DNA of 64,000 bases from Octopus vulgaris (Eukaryota), in contig OX597827.1 of NCBI GenBank assembly GCA_951406725.2, positions 65,224,001 through 65,288,000 of the forward strand, read 5' to 3'. This document shows positions 1-14,446 of this stretch, piece by piece (position 1 is the first letter of the stretch; the number at the start of each line of letters is the position of its first letter). The notes under the pieces are model-generated. The model did not search any database and was not told the origin of the DNA. It saw only the letters and a program-made list of their open reading frames with translations. The position numbers and the translations under genes are program-made.

Positions 1-649
1 GCGCACATAAATAGTTATACCACGTTTTATTTACGTATATGTATATACCACGAGATATATAATCATTTCTGCTCGTGTGTTGATAGATTCAGTGATCGAT
101 GTTCGCAGATAAAAATTATAATACTGCGTTTATTACGACAATCCGTGGATTGCAGAATAGCCAAGACCATAGCTGTGCAGAGACCACACTTGTTATTGTA
201 GCTGCTGTATGGCTTGAAGTGGGTAACTAAGGACCACTTGTGAGTGTAAGTAGGTGCATCAATCTTAGGGTATTGATAAGCTGAGGTAACGATGTACTGT
301 TCGATTTTGTTTGAGACTTGAAACTGGAGTATTGGTTGCTCACTCTACCTTTGAAGGTGGTGTTTCATGAACCGATATATATGTAGTTACAGTTGATATT
401 GTACACTTATAAATGATGATTTTGTGAATCAGTCGTTACCTAAATCTGAGGAGGTTGGGCGTCCGGAGAAGCATAGGATTGTATGGGGTGATCCGTATGA
501 TATTGTGAGGAGATTGCTATTTAGTGAGGAACTGGTGTCAGGTTCGTTATTATTACTGGTGTTAAGATTAGTATTTGTTAAAGAGCTGACGGTTACGTTG
601 TGGGGTTGTATAATATGATAATTATTTGCCCAGTGGTATATTCTGTCGT

Positions 650-808
650 TCAGTGTGTGTCCGATCCATCTCCATTTTCTTCGTCTAATCTGAACATGCA
701 TGGGCTCCTGGTTGACCCTTTCCCAAAGGTCGGTGTTTGGCACTCTGTCGAACGACTTCAGATGGAGGGTCTGTCGGAAACATTTTTGTTGATGAAGGTA
801 TGGATCTC
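650..808 (-). pseudogene. RTE-clade LINE RT C-terminal fragment
   Basis: Minus strand reads IHTFINK/CFRQTLHLKSFDRVPNTDLWERVNQEPMHVQIRRRKWRWIGHTL with one frameshift. This matches the RTE 'TFINxCLRRIL...RRRKWRWIGHTLR' motif. Confidence 0.8.
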
Positions 809-1375
809 AGCCGTAATTTTTGACGGCACGGGGCCAGCTAGCAGAAATATAAATTAAAGCTTATATTTCATGATTTAACGATGTCAGTTCAGGCGGTGAA
901 CTGCTATGAATGTCAACGTTGAAGCTGAGTTTCTATATTTATTAATATAACTTAAGTGGCATTTTGTTTTCCTTAACAATTATTTCAATTACCTTATTAT
1001 AGGCGATTCAATTAAACATTCCCTGGACCGTTACGTACATGACTTTAGACGATCTAAAGTTACGGTAAAAGACGCTGGACTGCCGTGCAGTAGGATCGAG
1101 TCTGAGTCGATATAGTTGGAAAGGACCATTTTTTCCTTGCAACGATGTCTCGTTAAATCACTTAACCAAATAATAATATTGACATCGAGTATTCTAACAG
1201 ATTGTGTGACACAATAATTCTATGAATATTTCTAAATAATTTAGAAATACTCAAGAGATTGAAGAAATTAGATTACCTGCAAAATAAAGAATATTAATGG
1301 TTAACGTAATTAGAATAATTTTTGTTTAATTAATTTTTTTAGAAGGGAAATATATTTTCAAATAAATTACTTGCA

Positions 1376-1385
1376 AGAGAGAGCG

Positions 1386-1422
<37 letters not shown>

Positions 1423-1888
1423 GGAGAGCGAAATAGGGGGAGAGAAATGGAGAGAGAAAGGAGAAAGAGAGGGAAGGAGAAAGAGGAGAGAAATGGAGGG
1501 AGAGAGGCATAGTGATGGAAAGAGAAAATGAGTAAGAGATAGAGAGTGAGAGGGACAGAGGCAAGGTCTTTGAGAGAGAGAGATTAAGACACAAGGAAAG
1601 AAAGAGAGAAAGGACATATATGTGAAAAACAGAGCAATAGAGATGTAGGTGATGGACGCACGAGTGAAAGGCAAAGTCAGAAGGAGAGAGAGAGAGGAAA
1701 AGAACAAACCTTGGGGAGGGAGTGTGTGAAAATGAGAGAGGTTGAGATCAAGCGACAGAGAGTAAAAGAGACAGCGAGCAGGAGGAGATACAAGAAGAGA
1801 CAACGAGAAAGAAAGCCAGATGAGTGACATACATACAAGGGAAAGACAGAAACAGACCAAGTAAGAGAAAGAGTGAGAGACATATATG

Positions 1889-1929
<41 letters not shown>

Positions 1930-1965
1930 AGCGATAATCAGACACATAACGATAGAAAGAGAAAA
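1376..1965. repeat. GA-rich low-complexity / (GA)n tract
   Basis: (GA)n runs at about 1388-1420 and 1892-1921 joined by purine-rich degenerate sequence. Confidence 0.9.
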
Positions 1966-2427
1966 AGACTGTAAGGGAGAATAGAAATATTTGTTAACAG
2001 AATCTGATTAAAAATGAATGGGATTTGATGTAAATTTAAACTAAATTACAAAAATCGAAAACAAATCGAGATGAATAATATAAAAATGTTATCATATTTT
2101 TCCTCCTCTTTTGCGATTTCAGTTACAGAGAATAATACTTTTTTTTTTCTTTTTTGTAGATTTGACATAATTAGATTTCTATTTTTTTTCCATTTCAACA
2201 ACATAAATATTTCAAAACAGTAAACAAAGACCTCGGTCTATAAAGGAAGAGATGTTAAATTTTCCATTATCAACACCAGAAAATCAGATGTATAAATGAA
2301 ATGATATACATAAATGTATGCATTCAGTCACACACAAAACACATCTCTGTACACGTAAATACACTACAAATACTTGCGAGTCCATACACACATACAGACA
2401 AACACACTAACACACATATGTGGTGAG

Positions 2428-3075
<648 letters not shown>

Positions 3076-3446
3076 TATATTAAACTATTAAGCGTATTGC
3101 GAAAAAAGTGTCATTCTCTGAATTCATATGTGGAAGTAAATATACAAACATATGTTTTCGCAGAATATGCTTCTGTATATATGTTTAACTAACTATCTAT
3201 TGTTGCACGGATTCATGAGGTAAATTTGACAAGAGAAATTTAGACAAAGGGAAGAAACATAACGATCCCATTTTACTTCAAGTCCTTCGCACCTGCACTT
3301 TTAAGTCAATACATCTCTGCTGTTAAAATACTTTTTTGTATTAGAAGAAAAACATCATGTTTAAGTGTTTAAGTGACCAGGGTGCATTTCTCTCTGATAT
3401 TCATCACAACAAAGGTGTTCATTGTAAAAGCCCATCTGTGAATAAG

Positions 3447-3481
<35 letters not shown>

Positions 3482-3491
3482 GTTTGTGTAA

Positions 3492-3552
<61 letters not shown>

Positions 3553-3650
3553 TATATTCCTGTATCTCAGCGTTAGAAGGGTGGAATTGTTTTGCAAGGT
3601 AAACAGACCCTCATCGCTGTATACACCTCCCAATATCTGAACGTAGAATA

Positions 3651-3736
<86 letters not shown>

Positions 3737-3789
3737 TATGTTACATATGTATATATATTGTAACCAACCAAGTAGGGATATATATATAA

Positions 3790-3995
3790 AGTTAATCCAA
3801 ACATGAAAACACAAAGAGAAAACACAACAACGCGAGGACGTGGAACAAATATAGTATTAGTGGACGCTCAGGAAGGAAGGGAAGAAGGATGGTTTAACGT
3901 TTCGAGCGGAGCTCTTCGTCAGAAACATAGGAAAAGGATAGATCCAGAGAAGGGAAGACGGAGGAAAAATATTGCCAACGGTGCACATGCGGTCA
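3790..3995 (-). mobile_element. Short Penelope-related element carrying a minimal hammerhead
   Basis: Embedded in (TA)n, has a homolog at 2684-2880, and contains the HHR motif at 3892-3926. Confidence 0.7.
3892..3926 (-). ncRNA. Minimal type I hammerhead ribozyme motif
   Basis: GTTT-CTGACGA-A-GAGC-TCC-GCTC-GAAA-CGT-T-AAAC: CUGANGA and GAAA core, stem II GAGC/GCTC, stem I GTTT/AAAC, palindromic ACGT stem III. Confidence 0.7.
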
Positions 3996-4648
3996 TATAT
4001 ATATATATATATATATCCCGACTAGGTTGGTTACAATATATACATATATAATATATAAGCGTGTGTCTGCATGTGTCGTGCATGTGTCATGACTAGATAC
4101 TAACGAAACATCCAGAGTTGTGAACGGCCCTGTCTGGCCAAAGATGACTCCACGGAGCAGACTCTCATCTTCGATGCAATAAATATATATAACTAACCGA
4201 TTTGCAAATATTTACCTTTAGAATGAAAACAGAAATTCACATTGCATACAAATACATAACACGGAATGTCGATGCTGGTTGCTATTCGAAACCAAGCTGT
4301 TTACATAGAGAACGATCACTAAACGAATTAGTATTATTGTATACTTGTTCGTGCAAGTATTTCATTTTACGTCGATTTAATAGTCTAACGTTGATTCCGA
4401 CAAAACACTCACGTTTCTCCTTGGGTAAAGATTTATTTTTACATCAAAACCCTCGTTCATTTAGTTATATTTATGTGACTTCTTTTTAGCATTTATCCTT
4501 TAATACGAATTTATCTTTATTGACTGATCGTTTAAGTACACTATGATACTTTTTTTATGTATCTACATGATTGTTTTTTTTACAAGTAATTCGAGAAACG
4601 TTGGTGTATACGCGTGTGCGTGTGTGGGTATATATATATATGTATATG

Positions 4649-4679
<31 letters not shown>

Positions 4680-4954
4680 CCGTATACAAATATATGCACA
4701 CATACATATATATGCCTGGACATATACGCATACACACATATATGCGTGGACATATACGCATACACACACATATATTTATATGTATATATATATAAGTATA
4801 CACACACACGCACACACACATACACACACATATATATATATATATATATATTTATAATTATATACATTGTATATACATGTATACAATGATATATGTTTGT
4901 GTGTCTGTCTATCTATCTATCTATTTATCTATATATGTATGTATGCATGTATGT

Positions 4955-4996
<42 letters not shown>

Positions 4997-5295
4997 TTTT
5001 CCCGTTTTCATCAACGTCACCTAATATATTTCTTTTTTTTGCGTCTTCTATATGTTTTATTACAATATTTACATATCTTATTTCTTTAAATTTCCTTACT
5101 GTAATTGTACACTTTTCATATAAATGTAAAAAAAGGAATGCGGACGGAAATAGGATTAGATATGTTTCAACAGGTCGTTCCTGCCTTCTTGCTCTGTTAC
5201 TTCTTGTAGTAGTATATTACACACACACACAGATCCATATATATTCGGAAGTATCACGTTTTCTGTGAGCCGTACGTGCGGTAATAACACCACAA

Positions 5296-5439
<144 letters not shown>

Positions 5440-5856
5440 TACACACGCACTTATATATATATATATATATATTAGACATATTCACGCACGCGCATTCTAA
5501 CACACACACACACACACTTGCATATATAAAAAACGTGTAATATCAATGGCTGTTATCTAGAATGTTATAAAAGACTACGAAGTCAAATCTGAATAAATAA
5601 AAATTTCAAGAGAATTAATTTGAGTTGTATCATATGTAAAATATACATAAATCAAATCAAAAGCAAACATAAAAAAATGAACGATTCTTCTTATTATTAT
5701 TAATGCTTCTTGAAAAGCATTAATAAGGTCTTTGTTTCTTTTGTGTGTGCATATCTTTAAATTTCCTACGTACTTTTCCATATAATGTTCTGCATTCCAT
5801 CTCTCTGTGTCCTTCTGATTTCCTCCCCTCCATTTCTCTCTCTATGTATTAATCAC

Positions 5857-6243
5857 TCTCTATATAAAGCTGAAGTTGTCTGTGTATGGCAGGTTTGGTA
5901 GCCTTCAACTAACACTATCTCCTCCGAGACCTTGCGACGCGAGTTGACCAAAATTGAAAGTATGGTAGAAGAAGGCTTGCTCTTCCTTCCGTAGGAAATA
6001 AAATTCAAATCAGACCATGTTAAGACCTAAAATTATTTACATCAAAAGGTGCGTTTTTATAATGGAAATTCCTATATTTTACGATTTTTTGACTGCTGCG
6101 TCGCCATTTTTCGGTGTATTTCAACCAGAAAAATGTTCACTTAAAGGGAATAACAACCTACATAATGCATATGTTTTACTTTTCAAAAATTGCAATTCTA
6201 AAGGGTCGAAACAAACCCGAGCAACCCCTGCTGATACTGCTAG
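5857..6243 (+). mobile_element. Non-autonomous Helitron
   Basis: 5' TC start (tctctatataaagctgaag), 3' CTAG followed by T, with a decayed subterminal GC-rich hairpin (cccgagcaacccctg). Confidence 0.7.
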
Positions 6244-6350
6244 TATATATATATATATATATATATATACCGGGGTAAACACATAAATGTGAAACAAGGT
6301 GGAAAAAAAGAGTACTCAAATACTTAAAAGCAGCAGAAATCCAACAAAAC

Positions 6351-6388
6351 CTGTTACTCGGAGTTTCACGTTCCCGTTCGTCGGACAG
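6351..6388 (-). ncRNA. Type I hammerhead-like motif (U4C core variant) in a ~145 bp element between (TA)n tracts
   Basis: CTGT-CCGACGA-ACG-GGAA-CGT-GAAA-CTC-C-GAG-TA-ACAG: all three stems pair and there is a GUA cleavage triplet. Confidence 0.65.
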
Positions 6389-6414
6389 TTTTGTTAAAAT
6401 GCAGCTTTTAAGTA

Positions 6415-6508
<94 letters not shown>

Positions 6509-6642
6509 ATGTATGTATATATATATATAAATATATATGTATATGTATATTTTACTGCTTACTCGATTTGAAGACCCTTCGTATTGTCTCGTATTGTATG
6601 TCATTTTATGTTGTCTTATGTAAGCCCCTGTGGCTAATAAAG

Positions 6643-6814
6643 AAATAATAATAATGATAATAATAATAATTATTATTATTAATATCATTATTATCATCAT
6701 CATTATTATAATTATTATTATTATTAGTAGTAGTAAGTGTATTTGTATCAGTATTAGCTGTAATAATAGTAGTAGTAGTATTAGTAGTAGTAGTGGTAGC
6801 AGTGGTGGTGGTGT

Positions 6815-6906
<92 letters not shown>

Positions 6907-6912
6907 ATTATT
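6643..6912. repeat. (TAA)n/(TTA)n/(TAG)n trinucleotide tract
   Basis: Visible directly. Confidence 0.95.
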
Positions 6913-7496
6913 GTTGTTTTAGGAGGAGGTGTAGTAATCGTAATCGCTGTTTTTGAAAGTAGTGGTTTCGTGGTAGGAAATGTATTCCTTTCTGTAACGA
7001 ATTTGCATTCGTTTACCTTCTTCGTTAAAATTACAGTACAGTTGCGTGACCTTCCTAATAATATATTTCCGGATTCCAATCGCCAGAATTTTTTCTTCCA
7101 ATCTGCGTGAGGAGGTACCAATCTTTAGAATAATTATTAGTATTCGAATTAGTAGCAGATGTTCAAGAGAAATTGATATTACTCTAGTCGTGTTTATTGA
7201 GACGGCAACATCTATTCATGCTTTGTTTTCTTCGGAGGTCGTTCTCCCAACCGCCCACTCCCCGGCTCCCCACTTCTACTTTATCATCACTCGCATTGTC
7301 CTGAAACCGTCTGATACATCTGGTGAGGTTTTCCATGAAATGTCAATGCACACAGACAGATTCACTCAAACGTTCACATAAACAATGAAAACCATCGATT
7401 ACCGTATTCACTCATTCAACCGTAGCAAATACGCATAAATTATCGCGCGCATGCGTGCACACACAAACACACACACACATGCATACATATACACGC

Positions 7497-7745
7497 CCAT
7501 GGGCATATGGCGTAGTGGTTAAGAGCGCGGGCTACTAACTTCAAGGTCGCCATGCTAGATCGTTAGCCACTACACACGTTTTCTCTTCTTGTTTCTCTCC
7601 TTGTCTTTTCTGCGTCCCTTTCTGTAGAAAAGCGTAGGCTCGAAACGTAAAAGACTTTTTCTATTCCTGAGCGTTATACTAATACATCTGTTTGTTTTGT
7701 ACACTACCTGTTTTCGTCTTTTGTTTTTTTTTCGTAAACTCACCC
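7497..7745 (+). mobile_element. tRNA-like head joined to a Penelope-related hammerhead-variant element
   Basis: A-box head tggcgtagtggttaagagcgcgggctactaa, then CTTT-CTGTAGA-AAAGC-GTAG-GCTC-GAAA-CGT-A-AAAG at 7618-7653. The body is homologous to 36390-36545 on the minus strand. Confidence 0.6.
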
Positions 7746-7748
7746 CCC

Positions 7749-7812
<64 letters not shown>

Positions 7813-8247
7813 TGTGAAACACACTAGTACTTTGAACAGTTTAAGTTTCTTTGGTGGCAATCTTTTCACCAAAGGATTTGAGTACCGTGGAGGTTTATGG
7901 GTAGCACGGCAACCTATGTTTACGAATAACTGGTTATTGCAGAGTCCGTTGCACTTGAATAATCATAGAACATATAAATTTGAAAGCGATGGAAATTAAA
8001 GCTACTGATGTGTTTTGGGAAGAGATTACGGATAACGACTACAAAATATAGTTGTTCTACATCAAAAAGAAATGGTGTAATGGAATTGAAGGAAGATGTT
8101 GAAATTTCTTCTCTGCGAGGTTATGTTTTTTTTTCATCGGGAAAGGGACCTATTTTTTTCAGAACGATAAGCTAACAAAAGCCCCTTTTTCTTCTTCCTA
8201 CATAGCCTGTAAATAAACTAATAGCGAATACTGAATTATTATTATTG

Positions 8248-8279
<32 letters not shown>

Positions 8280-8282
<3 letters not shown>

Positions 8283-9545
8283 TAGTTTTATTTTTATTTT
8301 TATAGCGTGCTTTCACTTCACTACCGAGCGCAGCTCTGTGTGCCTTGGGTATGTGCTGTGATTTGTTGTGATGCTCTGATGATTATTGTATGGAAAGTGT
8401 TCTGCGTAGGATGTGGGCAGTGCCTAGTAGTGCAATTTTCTGTATGTTATATGTGTTTGTAAGTCCTGGTGTTTTTGTTATGTATTTGTCTGAATATTTT
8501 TTTATCATGCCTAATGCACCTACTATGATAGGAATTGTTTCTGTTTTCAGATTCCACATTCTAGTTACCTCTATTTCCAGGTCTTTGTATTTTGAGAGTT
8601 TCTCCATTTCTTTTAGAGACACGTTGTCATCTGCCGGTATTGATACATCAATTAAAAAGCATTTTTTTTTCTTCATGATCTCTGACAACTATATCTGGTC
8701 TGTTGGCCTTAATTTCTCTATCTGTGTGTATCGGCATATCCCAGAGTATGGTTGCTTTCTCGTTTTCTGTGACCTTTTCTGGTGTGTGCCTATACCATCT
8801 TTTTTCTGTTGTTATTCCATAATGTTGGCATAGCTTCCAATGTATGTAGGTTCCAACTCTGTCATGTCTGTGAATATATTCCTTCTTAGCCAGGACTGGG
8901 CAGCTAGAGATAATATGATTTATTGTTTCTTGTCCATCTCCACATATTCTGCAGTTACTTGTAATATTTCTTTTCATTACATGTTTTTGGTAATTTCTGG
9001 TGGGGAGGCTTTGGTCTTGTGCTGCAATTAAAAATCCCTCTGTTTCTGCTTTGAGTCCTGAGCTTCTCAACCATTGCTGGGATTTTTCTTTGTCTATTTC
9101 TTTTGCGTTTAGTTTAGTGCAGTATTTACCATGAAGGGGCTTTTCTTGCCATCGTTTTATCATGGTTCGTTGCTGTTCTGTTTTTAGTTTGGATTTCATT
9201 TGTTTTATAGCTTTTGTTGTTTCTTCATCTTCTTCTTCTTCTTCTTCATGTTTATTAGGTGGTATGATTTCTTGTTTGTATTTGTCAGCTTCCTTAAATA
9301 CTGAGAACAGTTTTTTGTTTTGCTCGTGTTTTGCCGCTATCTGGATCAGTTTTCCTTCCTTCTGAAGTAGATATTTTTGCAGTCCTATGGTGGTTATTTT
9401 ATAGTAGTTTTCCAGCTGTATAAGGCCTCTACCACCTTCCATACGTTGTATATATAGTCTTTCTATGTCAGATTTTGGGTGATGCATCCTAGATCCTGTC
9501 ATTATTTTTCTTGTTTTCCTATCTATTTTGGTCAGTTCATTTCGT

Positions 9546-9547
<2 letters not shown>
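8280..9547 (-). mobile_element. R4/Dong-clade non-LTR retrotransposon A (5'-truncated, RLE type)
   Basis: ORFs 8648-9502 and 8383-8688 join by a frameshift at a poly-A run. Motifs: RLY..RxEGGRGL, ETEGFLIAAQDQ, zinc knuckle CRIC..ETINHIISSC, RHD, RPDIV, LIDVSIP, EKLSKY. Flanked by (TAA)n. Confidence 0.93.
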
Positions 9548-9585
<38 letters not shown>

Positions 9586-9640
9586 TAATATTATTATTAT
9601 CATCATCATCATCATCATCATCATTATTATTATTATTATT

Positions 9641-9804
9641 CTATGTTTGACTTTTGCTTTATATTTGTACAAGTTGGCTCCAAGTCTCACCCAGAGACCT
9701 CAAGAGACAACAGGGTTGGAAGTTCATGTTGTTGTTATGCCTAGTGTGCCATATATTTGGGGGGTGGGGATGTTGTACTAATGAATGTCTAAAAAAAAAA
9801 AAAA

Positions 9805-9837
<33 letters not shown>

Positions 9838-11898
9838 AAAATTATGTTTGTTTTAAACCTTGAGATTACATAGAGAGTATTTTGCGTAGGATATGAGCAG
9901 TTCCCATGAGCACTATCTTTTGAACTTCTGCCATTTTTGGGTTTCCTGGTATCTGAGTTAGGTAGCTATCAGCCCCTTTTGCTATCATTCCCAGGGCACC
10001 TATGACAACAGGTATTGTTTTAGTCTTCAGCTTCCACATTTTGCTGATTTCTATTTCAAGATCTTTATATTTGCTCAGTTTTTGGTAGGTCTTGACAGAT
10101 ACGTTTATATCGATTGGGACAGTCATATCAATGAGGAGGCATGTTCTTTGTTTGAAGTTTTTCAATATGATGTCTGGCCTATTTGCATCTATCTTCCTGT
10201 CAGTTTGAATGGTGAAGTTCCAGAGGAGTGAGATGTGGTCATTTTCAAGCACTGGGGGTGGTTTGTGTTCCCACCAGTTTTTTTCATGGGGCAAATCCAG
10301 GTTTTTACAGATTACCCAGTGAATATATTGTGCAGCTCTATCGTGCCTGTTGAGATACTCTGTAGGCGCTAGAAGACTGCACTTGGAGACCACATGGTCA
10401 ATGGTTTCATTTTGTTGCTTGCATACACGACACGTTGGACTGCTTCTGATCTTTAATATGTTGGCCTGGTAGTTTCTTGTTGGTAGGCATTGATCTTGAG
10501 CTGCTATGATAAACCCCTCTGTTTCAGATTTTAAGCCAGAGGCCATTAGCCATTGATGGGTCAGGGCTTTGTCGATATCTGCATTATTCGCTCTCTTTGG
10601 GTATTTGCCATAGAGAGGTTTTTCTTGCCATTTATTATTCAGAATATCTAAGGCCGCAGTTTTGGCACGGGTTTTCATGCGCCTAGCTTTTTCTGTGCTT
10701 GTTTCTTGTATATCTATCTCCCGAAATTGGTTGTATTCGGAATTCACTTAGATATTCCTTTGCCTGTTTTGTGACTGAGTATGATGCTTTCTTGTTTTCA
10801 TGTTTTGAGACAAGTTTTAGCATCCAGTCCTCAGAGTTTTTCAGGTAGGTGTCTAGGCCAATTGTAGCAATCTTCATTGTTATTGCCAGTTGCAAAAGAC
10901 CACGGCCTCCCTCTTTTCTTGGCAGATAGAGTCGTTCTGTATCTGCCTTAGGGTGGTGCATTCTATGCATTGTCAACAGTTTCCTTATTTTTCTGTCGAG
11001 CTGACATATTTCAGTAATTGACCAGTTAACAATATTGAAACTGTAAGTCACGACTGGTATAGCTAATGCATTGATTGCTTCGATCCTGTTTCTTGCATTC
11101 AGCTCTGTCTTGAGTATTGCTCTCACTCTTCGATAGCATTCTCTCCTGATCCTTTCCTTCATCTCTGAATGCCTTATTCCGTTCCCTTCAATTATCCCTA
11201 GGTACTTGTAGCTCTCCGCTGGGTCTAGTTCTTTTATGACATTCTGTTGGTCAAGGTTAACGTTAGATGTTTCTGTCATTTTTCCTTTGATAAAGGTAGC
11301 CTTTGCACATTTATCGAGGCCGAATTGCATTCTGATGTCGTCACTGAATTGTTTGACTATCGCTAGTAAGCCCTTGAGTTGTTGATCATTTTTTGCAAAA
11401 AGCTTTAAATCATCCATGTAAACGAGATGATTTATATTTTTATCAAACATTTTATACCCGTACTGCGCGTCATTGAGCAGCTTTGAGAGAGGTATTAAGG
11501 ATAAACAAAAGAGGAGTGGTGACAGTGAGTCACCCTGGAAAATGCCACACGAAATTTTTACATCACCAGCATTTAGGGATTCACTGTCACTGTTCAGAGT
11601 TAGTGTGGTTCTCCATGATCTCATACTTACAGTCAAGAAGTTTCGCAGAGTTGGTGCTATCTTATACATTTCAAGGCATTTCCTAATCCAGCTATGTGGT
11701 AGGCTATCAAAAGCCTTTTTATAGTCTATCCAGGCTATTGATAAGTTTTTGTGTCGTTTGTGACAATCTTCTAAGATCATCTTATTGATGAGTAGTTGGT
11801 CTTTACAGCCGTAGGATCCACGTTTACATCCTTTCTGTTCATTAGGGAATATGCTGCTGTCTGTTAAAAAACTATAGGTATATTCCGTCAGGACAGAA

Positions 11899-11900
<2 letters not shown>
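9641..11900 (-). mobile_element. R4/Dong-clade non-LTR retrotransposon B (5'-truncated inside RT)
   Basis: ORFs 10683-11780 (frame open to about 11900: EQKGCKRGSYGCKDQLLIN) and 9866-10747 join by one frameshift. RT motifs IDYKKAFDS, GIFQGDSLSPLLF, YMDDLKLF, YKYLG; CCHC knuckle; RPDII/IDMTVP/KLSKY endonuclease. Confidence 0.95.
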
Positions 11901-12316
<416 letters not shown>

Positions 12317-13152
12317 AAATAATTATTTAGAAGGGTTTCACAATGCTTTGCGCTAAACACTAACATCCACACATCTAAATTTGTGGCAACTATTCACTGC
12401 CCTTCTATCTGAGGGAGGATTAAACCAACGAAAATAATTGCACACTTTCGACGTGGAGACTAAAAACAGAAAAAAGACCTATCAAATTATTGATCCACGA
12501 CTGAAGACGCTCAGGAATATCAAAATGGAAACCCTCTACAATTTTTAGGAAGTATTGCACAAAATTTGTGTTCAAAAAATTTTAATAAATTTTAAAAACA
12601 TGAATTAAACTTTATTCACCTCACTCTGCATCACAATGCACTTGCTGTTATTTTTTATCCCATTGTTATAATAAAATATGTGCTAAAATTTAATCTTTTC
12701 GGTCTTTATCCCGAATTACATTATTTTTGAAATTTTGTAACGAGACTTTTTTTATAGATTCTTTCTCGATGGGTCTACATTAAAGGGATCTCATCTGATT
12801 CAAGAAGAGTGTAAAGATTATTTACACTTCCAGTGGTGGATTGGATCTGTAGTCTTCGAAATAGCTTTCTTCTTTCTGGACTTGAGAAGACTAATTTCTC
12901 AAGATTGGTATTTAGGCGATGTGTTACACGACCCAGGGCCCCAATAATTAAGTTGTAATATGGATAGAATAACTGCAGATTTCACAATATTTCAGCGTAG
13001 GTATTTTCTTTACCATTCATATTCAGTCTTACTTTTATGCATGAATGTATGTATGTATGTATGTATGTATGTATGTATGTATGTATGTATGTATGTATGT
13101 ATGTATATATGTATGTATGTATGTATGTTTGTATGTATTATGTATGTATGTA

Positions 13153-13543
13153 TACTCTTTACTCTTTTACTTGTTTCAGTCATTTGACTGAGGCCATGCT
13201 GGAGCACCGCCTTTAGTCGAGCAAATCAACCCCAGGATTTATTCGTTGTAAACCTAGTACTTATTCTATCGGTCACTTTTGCCGAACCGCTAAGTTACGG
13301 GGACGTAAACACATCAGCATTGGTTGTCAAGCGATATTAGGGGTACATACACAGACACACAAACATATACACACACATACATATATATATATACATATAT
13401 ACGACGGGCTTCTTTCAGTTTCTGTCTACCAAATCCACTCAGAAGGCTTTGGTAGGCCCGAGGCTATATAGTAGAAGACACTTGCCCAAGGTGCCACGCA
13501 GTGGGACTGAATCCGGAACTTACCACATAGCCACTCCTGCGCC
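13153..13543 (-). mobile_element. tRNA-derived CORE-type SINE (octopus OR-like)
   Basis: CORE-like ccttgggcaagtgtctt, internal (TA/CA)n and (AAAAGAGT)n tail; at least six homologs in the window. Confidence 0.85.
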
Positions 13544-14030
13544 TATGTATTTATGTATGTATGATTGTATGTATTACGATTTTATTTTAGTGAGATTACC
13601 CTACCATGATATTTTTATGAGTTTGAGTGAAGGAACTCGCTCAACTCTGTCTAAACCCGCAAGTAAATGATTAAATGCTTCACACTTTTGAAATACCTCT
13701 CTAATATATTTTCGGATCTAAATATCAAATTTCTAGGATTTCTAACGCCAACCGACATAAATATCAATCACACAGCACGCTCGCAGCATGTTATTACATT
13801 TAAACATTCTCAGCTGACAGTAATTAGTGCTTTAATGCTAAGATAATTGTCTTTACAAATATCCATCATGCTTTGAACGGGACTCCTGCTCGGTACTAAA
13901 TAAGATGTGTTTCATAAATCCAAAGCAGGTCATTATAGGAGACGTTATTATTTTTCCCAAAATTAGAATGTAGATAAAAGAGTGATCTGTCGAGACATAT
14001 CTAAAAAGCCTATCTTTGTGCTCCGTACGG

Positions 14031-14080
<50 letters not shown>

Positions 14081-14373
14081 CACCAATATTTTGCGGAAAA
14101 CTAAATAATTAATGGAAGCTGATAGTAAGCGAGTTGAATGTCGTTCGTAATCTGAATTTGATATTCAGCTGTGACCTTTAATATTCAGTTACAGTCATCC
14201 ATACTTCGAGCCATCGATGGATCATTTACGTGGTCCAATCCTCTACTAGAAATAGCGACTGTATCTCTCTCAACCTACTGCCGGCTGGCTTAGTTAATGT
14301 GATACGTTGGATAACACAGTACATTTCTAAATTTTATCCGTAGAAACGTACATGTTGTACACAAACACACACA

Positions 14374-14446
<73 letters not shown>

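Noticed and set aside
6606-7121. Thr-rich mucin-like 171-aa ORF
   Set aside because: The poly-Thr/Asn part is a (TAG)n/(TAA)n microsatellite and the start is non-ATG; only the unique part is kept as a low-interest finding.
8390-11724. Plus-strand ORFs overlapping the R4 elements
   Set aside because: Antisense shadows of the LINE ORFs with no independent motifs.
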